Assembly: GCA_973895155.1 (NCBI GenBank)
Contig: OZ316892.1
Span: 5,550,476 to 5,614,475, forward strand
From: Marsupella aquatica
Lineage: Eukaryota > Plantae > Marchantiophyta
DNA: 64,000 nt
Direction: 5' to 3'
Of the stretch, positions 25,772 to 35,958 are shown piece after piece (position 1 is the first letter of the stretch; the number at the start of each line of letters is the position of its first letter). The position numbers and the translations under genes are program-made. Under the pieces are notes generated by a model. It did no database searches, had not been told where the DNA came from, and was given only the letters and a program-made list of their open reading frames with translations.

Positions 25772-26347
25772 ATGGAAACCCCCTAAGCCCTCGAGGTCCT
25801 TCAAATTCGAGAAATCTCATGAACCCACTTCACTGTTCATCTCAAAGAGAGGTCTGGCAGAGTGGAAACTTCGCTCCTGCGACCAATCAGACTCCATCGC
25901 GCATCATTCTCTTTGAAAATGGAAGGGCCCGCAAACCCTCGCGGTTCTTCAAATTCGAGAAATCTAATGAACCCAGTTCGTTGTTGATCTCAAGGACAGG
26001 TCTGGCAGAGTGGAAACTTCGCTCCATCGCTCATTATTTTCTTTGAAAATGGAAGGCCCGTAAGCCCTCGAGGTCCTTCAAATTCGAGAAATCTCATGAA
26101 CCCACTTCGCTGTTGATCTCAAAGAGAGGTCTGGCAGAGTGGAAACTTCGCTCCTGCGACCAATCAGACTCCATGGCTCATCATTCTCTTTGAAAAATGG
26201 AAGGCCCCTAAACTCTCGAGGTCCTTCAAATTTGAAAAATCTCATGAACCCAGTTCGCTGTTGATCTCATAGAGAAGTCTGGAAGAGTGGAAACTTCGCT
26301 CCTAGGACCAATCAGACAAACTCCCTCGCTCATCATTCCCTTTGAAA
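25772..26347. repeat. Four tandem ~130-147-bp units immediately upstream of PMS1
   Basis: CCCTCGAGGTCCTTCAAATTCGAGAAATCTCATGAACCCA...TCTGGCAGAGTGGAAACTTCGCTCC(TGCGACCAATCAGA)...CATCATTCTCTTTGAAAATGG repeated four times. Confidence 0.92.
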
Positions 26348-28564
26348 TATTTTGTGTGACATCATCAGAGCAGCACACTGATGACTGATCCCTGGTGCCC
26401 AGCTGGAGAAGGGATTTCAAACTCTCGCGGACTCTCGTGATTCCCTCGCAAAGCACTGGCCATTTTTCTTTTTCGAATTCTCACTGAAAATCTAGTTTAA
26501 AACATAGAGATATAGCATATTCATCGAATTTATTTTATGATAAAAAAAGGTAAATGTAAAGTATATGTATATAAATTAATATCTATTAATTAAAAGTGAA
26601 TCACACACAAACCATAAGTACATATGTAAAGAAAAACACATAATAATGACCAAGAAAGAGTATAAAAACCTGACCTAGAAAGTATATAGTTATTAAAGAA
26701 TTGTGCACATAAGGTACATATTTTTAATTGCTTCTAGGTAATCAAAATATATTCAGTTAAAATCATAAATTTTACAAAATAAATCACCAGTTGTGCACAT
26801 TGTTCAAATTCATTTCTCTCACTGCATGAGAAAAGAGAGAATTCACTAAGGAGTGACTGAAAAGAAAAGAATAAACATTTATGAAGGGAGCCAAATACAT
26901 TCAAAATACTTTAAGTTCACTAAATTAAAAGGGGTCCAAAACTTAATTCAAAATCAAATTAATAAAAATGATTCACCTTGTTAAGGTACATTAAAATCAA
27001 AATATTAGACACAAAATTTGAATAAGGCAAAACATGAAACTTAGATTCACCATATAGCAGTGTCAACATGATAAGGTGAAACATAGAGATATAAGTTTGA
27101 AACTGAAGCCACGATGGACCCACCATGGTGGACACACTGCCCCTTTTGGGGCACAGGTTGGCCCGGTTTGGACTTTCCCAGCAAATGAGGGGTCTGGACC
27201 CCCTCATCCATCATCCATTACACCTAGTCATCCCAACCCCACCCCAACCCCGACCCCACGCCGGACACGAACCTTAATCCCTGGCCCCTGCCCCGACCTG
27301 GGGGACCTGCTCGCTAAATTGGGGGAGCCCGGGACCGGGTGGGGAAGGGGTTCAGGAGAATTCAAGACCACCAGGGAATAAAGAGGATATGTGTCATTTG
27401 GCCCCTTATGGAGCCGTAATGTGATGAGTTTACATGTCAAGCAACAGGTAAACTTGTCCGTGAGCTCAAACCAGGCATGTTGGTGATCCATGGGAGTATG
27501 AGGTCCATACCTTCATGATGATGAGGACTAGAATGGTTTTTACATTTGGGCCTGCATGGGAACTAGAGAACGAGGAGACATGAAAGTTTACAAGCCCAAA
27601 TATTTCATGTTAACACAATGAAAGTTCATCCAATGAAATTCAATGTATGATGAAAATCTCACCAAAATGGTCAAACGTTCACTGTCACTTTGATGGACAC
27701 TTTCATGGAAGTGTGGCTTACCTACTTCTCTAGCATATCCTCAAAACAAACAATATTTGAGTTTATGAATATAAAGTTACTACAATCAAACTCAAATTTG
27801 CGAAATGTATCCTTGGTGGTTCAAAGACCAACCTTGTAGTCCATGGGGCTTCAAATTCTACAAGTTTGGATGGGGAAAACGAGCCCTGGTGGATCACATC
27901 ATTTGCCTTAGAGCTCAGGGATGGATCAGCCTGGTCCATCCAGCTTTGCAAGGTTCATGGGAGTGGTCCATGTGACCATTCATTATTTTTTGATTGGGGG
28001 ACAACTTTCAGAAAATTGAAGTCTTTGTGGGTACTGGATTTTTGCATTCATTATTATTCAAAAAATGCAAACAATGCTTGTAAGTTTGAAACTCACTAAC
28101 TTGAGATTGTTTATATGGTTGGTTTTCCCCATGGGTTTTTTGGAATGTGAAGACCATGTGGATGTCTGAGTTTGCTTGCTCATATGGGTTTGTTATGGAT
28201 GAGTTCAATATACTAGTTGTGAAGATGACAAGCTCCGAGTACCCATTGCCATTTAGAGTCAGCTCAAATGTAGCAGCCCTCAACATTGCTGCCCTCAGCA
28301 CTCACAAAACAATCATTCAGGAAAAAGTAGATCTGCTTCCCTGCAACGGGTCAAGTGCACACTAGGCTGGTGGAGTCTCTCCGTCATCATTGCCCCCTGA
28401 AGCTTACACAAGGCACACTTTGTTTGATTATGAAGTTTGATGTCAGGACCTCAAGGGCCAGAAAGTTTCCAACCCTTGCCCTTGGAACTCCAGAAATTTT
28501 GTCCTCAAGTGTGGCACAAAAGGGGGTTCATGCATGCAACTCTTGCTCACTTCCCTATTGGCAT

Positions 28565-28710
28565 GAGTAAGGTTCAGGGCCTCTCACATACTTGGCTCAT
28601 ACTATGTGACCGTAAGGTTCAGGGCCGCTCATATACATGTTGGCTCGTACTATGTGACCGTGAGGTTCACTGCCACTCACATACAAGTTGGCTCTTACTA
28701 TGTGACCTTC
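28565..28710. repeat. Three ~45-bp tandem repeats
   Basis: GTAAGGTTCAGGGCC.CTC..ATAC..TTGGCTC.TACTATGTGACC occurs three times. Confidence 0.75.
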
Positions 28711-29461
28711 AAAAGTTGCATGGTTCCTCTTCCTGGCCCAGGTGAATAAGCTCATTAAATTCCCTCAATCAAGCGATGGATTCATACTCCTTTGTGACTT
28801 TGAAGCATTCACTCCCGGGGATCACTATCACCTGTTATCTCTAGTGATTGGCGAGTGGAGCTACTTGTGATCCCCTGCTGGTGATCACACATCAAAATGT
28901 GGAATATAGGGTGTGCACTCATTGATTTAAAGAAAATAACAAGATTTACCATAGTAAGGAGTGATTCATACACCATACACTTGTGATCCCTACCAAATAC
29001 TGTACCTTTACTTTTTACCCTTGTAACTTTTTGCTGACTCGGAAGCAAAGGTATCAGATCTTCACTTGGTCTCATTTGTCCAACATAGCAAGATTGAGAG
29101 CTAGGATAAGAGCCTACTATCTAGAATAGGGCGTCTCAAACTTGGCGCCCCCGTGCTTGGCTGCGGGCACGGGAATCTGAATATTCGCGTCCGTAAATTA
29201 TGCCGGGACCGACTTTTCGGTCTTGCAGAAACAAGAGGGGGAGGTTTGACACAGGTCGCGGGCTGCAAAGAAGTTGGGTTTATCCTGAGTTAAGGATTGC
29301 CCGCCCGCTTCCGTTTGAACCCCTCCGCCGACTTTACTCTGCACCATTTTGTCTGGTGCAAATCCATGACATTTCAAAATGCAAGCTTCCCTCTCTCTGC
29401 GATACGAGAGTTCGAGCCTTCCTAATTTTCCGTGTCGAAGTCGGGTGTAGACAAAGGAGAT

Positions 29462-30924
29462 ATGGCTAATTCTATGTGGGGCGATGTTAGATTTCCAGAG
29501 TTGTGTGGGTCTGGACTGTCTTTGGATCCTGCACTAGTCGTAGATTCTCAGGTGAATCAAGGCGGAGCAGACATGGTGGCCTCCAATGCGCATCCTTTTG
29601 CTGGAAGCGATGTCAATCGGAAGCTCACAACTTATCACTTGGGTAAGATTGTGGATTGGCTCGAAGATGCCGACAATTTCACGATGCTCAATGGATCCTC
29701 TCGCAGGGTTCCTGTGGGGACAAGGCACCCCTCCAAGAAAATTGTGTTCAAGCTCATGCTGGTGCATCTTCATGCCAACGGTTTCCCAAAATTTGTAGGC
29801 ACGGGAGACAACTTGGGAAAAAGGTTCCAACGTTACGTGAAGAAATACAAGGAGGCTCTGGCCATCAAAAATGATTCAGGAGCTGGGTTATCAATGGCGG
29901 AGCTTCGGGCAGGAATAACGTTGGAGGACAAACTAGACAAGATCTGCCCTCACTTCGAGAGAATGCATGCGCTGTATGGAGAGAGGGCCAATGTCGCTCC
30001 TCCTGCCACAGCGTCTGTTGGGTTGCCTGGACACACTGAGCTCTTCGTGGATGCAGGATCAGAGGACGAAGATCAAGATGACTACGAAGGAGTTGCAGAG
30101 CAGGACTTGGTGACACAAGGTATGTATGAGGGATTTACATGATTTACCTGCTGGAATAAATGCATAGTCATTGCTCCCATATGAACGAGGTTTTGACTTA
30201 TCGTGTGTTCCACATATTTTGGCGAAGAGGGTGGGGACTCACAATTTCAAGGCCAGCCGACTTCCACAGACAACCCACACCCACAGACGGTGCCGACTGC
30301 CACACAACCAGAAGCGAACGATGTGCGAGGGGTAAGGCCGGAAGTAGACCCGACTGCTTGTGGAGATCCCACATTTTGTTACACCCAAGATGGGCAGGCT
30401 TCACGAGCCCCCACAGCTACGCCAAGTAATCCCTCTGCCGACTTATCAAATGTCAACAGGAGGAATATAAGGAAGCAGGGTCCTTCCCAAGCTACGTCCC
30501 GGCCGAATTTGGTAGAAGTTTACATGGAAAGCTAGCTGAGAAGAATGTTTTCAGACAACAACTGATAGAAAGTAAAGATATTAAATGGAAAACAATGGAA
30601 CTGGTTGACAGAAGGGAAGCACGACAGTTATCGGCAAAGGATGTTAGACAGAGGGATAGGCTGCAGAGAAAACATGAGGAGAAGAGGGCTAGAATTGATC
30701 TGGAGCTTCAATTGACTCTGTTGAGAGCTCAACAGACGGCAGCACTCTTCACCGAGCTTATCCGTTCAAACTGAACACCTGCGGAAATGCTGACCATAAT
30801 GCAGGTCATTCCTGGCTTGAATGAGGGCAATATTCCAGGCCTCCATACACCAAATCAGCCATTGAGTGCTCAGACCAATGCTACAACAGCCCCAACAGAA
30901 GATGAAGTTGTCGATTTGCATTAG
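29462..30924 (+). pseudogene. Harbinger ORF2 (Myb/SANT-like DNA-binding partner), decayed
   Basis: VDWLEDADNF...RFQRYVKKYKEA...SGAGL...KLDKICPHFERMHALYGERANV, an acidic tract and an intron from 30120. The coiled-coil tail continues after a frameshift near 30533 and an in-frame TGA at 30772. Confidence 0.75.
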
Positions 30925-31708
30925 TAGTACTTTTTTTGCAGCACTCTCAGGTTTTGTTATAGTTTAGTTTTGATTAGTTTTGATTAGTTATATAAGTGCC
31001 GAATGGTGTGTGCGTGCACCAACACTTTTTTGGCAATGCTCATTCTTTGTGTACCCGTTTGTTTACTAGATGTATAAATGCAACATTCGCCTATCAAACT
31101 TCATGAGATGTTTTTTGTATTCCATCGGTCTGAAATGTGATTTAATGTGCATCAAATATGAATTTAATGTGCGTCCATACAAATTAGTTTATCAAACTTC
31201 CATCTGCGGGATAAGTTCTCCACGTCAAATGCCCATCATCTCTTAGTTTATGTTCGGAAGTACTGTAACAAAGTCGTCTGGTTGACAGGTTTCATTTCAT
31301 TTCTAAGAAGACATTTCTAAGTTTAATTGACACACTACAAACTACGGGCAAAACGCAAACGACTGCACTCGACTACCGATTTAACTGGCACCTATGGGTA
31401 AGACGTAAAATACAGTTGACGACTTCACAAAAGGACCGAGGTTGGCCAACAGTGGCGGTCACTTCTCTACAGAGCGGCATCGTGAACTGAGCCAGTTTGC
31501 TTCATTCATGTCATTCATTGAAAGGGCAAAACAAAATGTTCATCATCCGAATAGGGCAAAACGCAAACGTCGTTACAAAAAGGGCAAAATGCAAACTTCT
31601 TTACAAAAAGGGCAGGCATTATACTTAGTCAATGCAAGGACAGTAGTGACCTTACGAAGGAACTACCGAAACTACAACTGCCAAAATTACGTGCTTAACT
31701 CCTGCACT

Positions 31709-31875
31709 CCCAAAAATCCCACGATTTCACTACCAAAAATCCCACGATTTTCACTACCAAAAATCCCACGATTTTCACTACCGAAAATCCCACGATTTCA
31801 CTACCGAAAATCCCACGATGTTACTACCGAAAATCCCACGATGTTACTACCCAAAATCCCCCGATGTTACTACCA
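31709..31875. repeat. Minisatellite of ~7 x 23-24-bp units inside the transposon
   Basis: CC(A/G)AAAATCCCACGAT(TTTC/GTT)ACTA repeated. Confidence 0.92.
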
Positions 31876-31980
31876 TCGGTCTATGGAGCTGTGGTCGCCC
31901 TTGGATGTTACTGAACAAAACCTCCAGAGCTCATTGGCCTACCATCATTTGCATATAGGCGGCCTCCATAAATGGGACAA

Positions 31981-32397
31981 TCATGGACTTGTGCCCTGCC
32001 AATTGTCATGAACTGAAGGGCCATCGACCGATCGTTGTGTCTTAACAGAAGCACTCAAGCTAGCGGTGGCCGAGTCTGCAGAACCTGTACCCCCATCACA
32101 ATCATCCGAAATGGAGCTGACCAGCGCAGTCATCGTGGAGGTAAAGCTGCATTCATCGTCATTGCTCTCATCTTCCAACACTTCATGTGCAAAGGGAAAG
32201 AACTTGTCCCATTCTATGCAAAGCACTTGCACAGAATGCCATGTCTTCTGGAAGTTGTAAACATCTCCAAAATACTCCTGAAACCGGTTCCGAACTTTAT
32301 GTGGCCAGGTGGGAAAATTCCATATGTCCAAGAAAAATTTGTCACTTGCAAAGTCCTCGGTGTCAATGAGCCACAATGGGGGACGTGGGTTCTCCAT
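31981..32397 (-). CDS. Orphan ORF inside the transposon (MENPRPPLWLIDTEDF..., aromatic-rich N-half, acidic/Ser-rich tail)
   Basis: Open frame of ~138 codons from an ATG, co-oriented with the transposase; no recognised family. Confidence 0.4.
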   Translation of the reverse strand: MENPRPPLWLIDTEDFASDKFFLDIWNFPTWPHKVRNRFQEYFGDVYNFQKTWHSVQVLCIEWDKFFPFAHEVLEDESNDDECSFTSTMTALVSSISDDCDGGTGSADSATASLSASVKTQRSVDGPSVHDNWQGTSP

Positions 32398-32674
32398 GGT
32401 AGGGCAGTTTGCAACGTAAGGGCAATGCTCCTTCTTCCTCTCCGAAACTAATGACGATAAAGCACGACAACCAGTAAGCAACGAATATGAGTGCCCTGAA
32501 ATCAGCTTTGCCTTCGACAACCATTAAGCTCAAAATACTCCTTCGCCTTTGACAACCAGTAAGCAGTCAACTCTTTCATAAGGCAGTCAAACTCCTTGGC
32601 CTTCGACTCATCATACCACATAATCATTGCAGTCAAACAAGTGTGTGATTGACTAGAGCGCAAATACAGTCCAA

Positions 32675-34200
32675 TCAGTGCCCTCCTGAGTTCATGAACC
32701 TTCCTGGTCTGCGATTGAACTCAAGGGCATGGTCCATGACCCTCACAAGTAGACTATTTCCTGCCTGTACAATTGCACGCCTTGACACTCGGCCAGAAGG
32801 ACGTTGTCCCACCTCATCTTCGTTGGGCAAGATGTCTGGGACGTTTAAAGCCTCATCTGCCTCAGTCCACAAATCATTTTGGGATATTACATAATTATGT
32901 AACTTCCCACATAGAGAGACCCATGTTACCAGCCAGGCACTATCTTTGGGCCTATTTAATTGTGTCCTAACCTCCTTAAGAGAATGCCACCATGATTTAA
33001 GCACTCCAATGCAATGTTCATTGGTGACACGGCACTTGGCCACACAGGTATTAAAATCCTCTTTATCAACAATCATGTCAGCCCTCTTGAAGGCACACAC
33101 AACATGAGGTAATGCCTGGTACCCACTGTCCCCTAAGATGTACTGCCCCTCTCCAAATAAGTTGTTACTGTTCACCTCTGTGCATAACTTCCATAGAGGC
33201 GATTTTCGTAAGCAAGTCAAGTCAGAGCATGACCCAGGCATTCCTGCAAAATGCACATCATTTCCATGTCATAAAAAGTAACCATAAGAATAGCAACAAG
33301 TATTTACAGCCTCAATAAGAATAAGCCAAGTACGCTATGAGGGGTACCAGTACCTGAGAACATATACAGAATTCTCCTTTTGTGGTCACACACCACCTGT
33401 ACATTCACAGAGTATCTGCTCTTTCGGTCATAGTAGCATTCCCCGTGCTTAAATGGACGTTGGGCTAGGGGAAGAAGAGAACCGTCTATAAGGCCAACAC
33501 ATCCTGGGAACCCATGTGCAGCAAACTCCTGGCTCAAAACAGCTCGCTCTTGTGATGTTGGCCACTGTATGTAATCGTTAAGCACATTCTCCAGAGCTCT
33601 GAAACACCTATTGGAAAAGTTGATGAGACTCCCATTGTTGACCCCCCATGTGGGGATCATGTGGTTCAAGCATGCCCCATTACCGTCATGGCCTAGACGA
33701 TCTAGGCAGACAGCCAACTGACAAACAATTGGTGCCTGTTCACAAAAGGAATCATTCTGAAACACAGGATGTGGGGTTATAAGGTCCACAAGATTAAAGA
33801 ATGAAGTTTTGGACATCCGAGTGAGCTGCCTAAATAATCTGTCTGGTAAATTATGGAAAAACTGAGTTGCAAATTCATTAGACTTAGGTGTTACATGCCG
33901 GGGCACCAAGTACCTTGAGTTGTACAGAACAAAGTACAACTCAAATAGGTCTGTTGGGTTTGCTTCCGAGTCCCCAACATTGTCCTCCCTTTCAGAGTCA
34001 AATGAGGAATCCGCGTTACAGGTGCCAGCATCATCTGATTCGCTGGAGACATAACCAGATGGGATATTCTCTAGAGAACCAATAGTCCCCTGGATGGAGT
34101 CCACATCAGAGTCGGATGTGGAATCCTGTAATGCAATACTGACCTCAAGCTTTTGCTTGACAAGTCTCAACTGATTTTGCCTCTCATAAACTCTTGGCAT
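32675..34200 (-). CDS. PIF/Harbinger DDE transposase (DDE_Tnp_4/HARBI1-like), 2 exons: 34200-33354, 33243-32675 (471 aa)
   Basis: FRQLTRMSKTSFFNLV, GFPGCVGLIDGS (D), YYDRKSRYSVNVQVVCD, PGSCSD, LGDSGY (D), RVTNEHCIGVLKSWW (E), LHNY. The GT-AG intron joins in frame with no stops. Confidence 0.92.
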
Positions 34201-34482
34201 GGTTTCTTGCAAGACAATTTGAAGGAATACATGTGCTAAGAAATATGGTAAATATTGCACAGAAATTGAGATGGATAAAATGACTTCAACACGCCAACAA
34301 ATGAACACACAGGAGTTTATTTCTCAAAAAACTTTTATTTCTCAAAAAAACAGAGTGTAGTAGTGCAGCAATAAAAGTCCCGTGCTTTTGATGTCCTTAA
34401 AACCCTATGACAACCAGCCTCAATTGTTGTTATCTCAATTAAGGGTAGAGTTCAGTCATCTAGATCAGCCAACTTCAACTGC

Positions 34483-35103
34483 TCAACGAGGTCTGCAAGT
34501 ATTTTTTTTGGCACTGCTACGCTTAATAGGAGTACTAGGGGAAGCGTTTTCTGGGTCCTTCTTGGGTGTCCTATAGTCAGGGCTCATGGTACTAGAAGAT
34601 CCAACAAATTGGGGACCTGTCACACAAACTGGGTCATCAACAATGACCAGCCGTTGGACGTGCAATTTGTGTCCCTTAACTTCAAATGAGACCTGAAGCT
34701 TGGGACATTTTTGTACAATAGACTGAACCAAGCGTAACTGGTCTAGTTCAGCCAGTCGACTGAACTCAAATGCAGAGCTGTTCAACAAAGTGCAGGCAGT
34801 ATCCCAAATTAATGCCTTCGCAGGTTTGCAAGGTCCATATGCTGCATCAAATAAAACAAGCTGGAATCTAAACTTTGCCTGCCCTGGTAATGTATGGCCA
34901 CAACGTGGTCCGAACTACTCAAGGGATTTCCCACAAATAAGTCCATTGTCACATACATGTGGACAAGCAGAGTATGTAAATTTCCGGGGATATGGATTTC
35001 GTGCCACATAGTTAGCGGCCCAGACCAGGGAGGGGGGGTATTTTTCGAATTTCCCAGCAACCCTGTCCTTCTCAACAGTTGAAATGGGTGTCCACTGAGC
35101 CAT
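34483..35103 (-). pseudogene. RPA1 C-terminal-like OB-fold/Zn-ribbon gene inside the transposon, one in-frame TAG at 34915-34917
   Basis: Read-through gives WTPISTV...FTYSACPHVCDNGLICGKSLE*FGPRCGH...KFRFQLVLFDAAYG...ALIWDTACTLLNSSAFEF, matching the RPA70 DBD-C pattern YxACP..C.K...C...YRY.L.L.D.....F.E.A..LLG.SA.E. Confidence 0.7.
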
Positions 35104-35610
35104 GGCCTGAGCAAGAGAAAAAGAAACGCCTGAAATCAGGTAATCCACGGGCATTGTCTCCACCTAAGCCTCATTGCAAAGAAAGCAATAGGAAATGTCA
35201 ATACTGAGATGAGCGACTCACCTCTGGCAAGTACTTCTTCTCAAAAACTCCCACGCGGCCTGCCGGTACTCCGCTCGCACACAATGTCTCGCTGCTTCAA
35301 ACCCCGCTTCAGATGTCGTCCTCGCCCTGACACTTATCTCACTGATAATCAATGGTCGCACGATATGCTCAGCTGGTGCTCACTGAAAATGTCGTAGAAA
35401 ACGAAAGTTCTAGTTGCGAGATGCGTTCGAGTTCGAAAATGTCCTGCTGTGCTGAACGACGATTCCTGAGCGAGAATCCTAAATGCGTGGCAACCCGGGC
35501 ACAAAAGTGCGGAAGCCAACTCGGACGGTCGCACACTTTCTGCCCGCGTCCCGCAACGCGGGCTCCTGGGTGTGGGAAAAGTCCGCGTTTCATAAAGTTT
35601 GAGACGCCCT

Positions 35611-35958
35611 AATGAAGCGCTAGGATAAGAGCCTACCATCTAGAATGAAGCCTGACTGGGAGCTAGGATATTAGAGCCTACTGTCTAGAATGAAGCCTGA
35701 CTACTGAGAGCTAGGATATTAGGAGTCTACTGTCTAGAATGAAGCCTGATTGAGAGCTACGATAAGAGCCTACTGTTTAGAATGAAGCCTATGATAAGAG
35801 CCTACTGTTTAGAATCAAGCCTGATTGAGAGCTAGGATGTTAAGAGCCTACTGTCTGGAATGAAGCCTGATTGAGAGCTAGGATATTAAGAACCTACTCT
35901 CTAGAATGAAGCCTGGTCAAGAGCTAGGATAAGAGCCCATTGTCTATAGAATGAAGAC
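35611..35958. repeat. ~45-bp satellite GAGAGCTAGGATA(TT)AGAGCCTACTGTCTAGAATGAAGCCTGATT; first unit at 29093-29127 split off by the transposon
   Basis: About 8 units visible. Confidence 0.92.

Larger units (their letters stand above)
29128..35610. mobile_element. Full-length PIF/Harbinger-superfamily (PHIS, Pangu-like) DNA transposon, 6483 bp
   Basis: Perfect 16-bp TIRs AGGGCGTCTCAAACTT (29128-29143) and AAGTTTGAGACGCCCT (35595-35610). AAT TSD at 29125-29127 and 35611-35613. Removing the element restores the satellite unit CTAGAATGAAGC. Contains a DDE transposase and a second ORF. Confidence 0.93.

Noticed and set aside
27480-29080. Coding-like stretch left of the transposon
   Set aside because: Only short broken ORFs with no recognisable domain; it may be a decayed TE but this cannot be supported.
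31442-32011. 189-aa ORF with LPKIPRFS repeats
   Set aside because: The frame is kept open by the minisatellite, starts at a non-ATG codon and has no family motifs.
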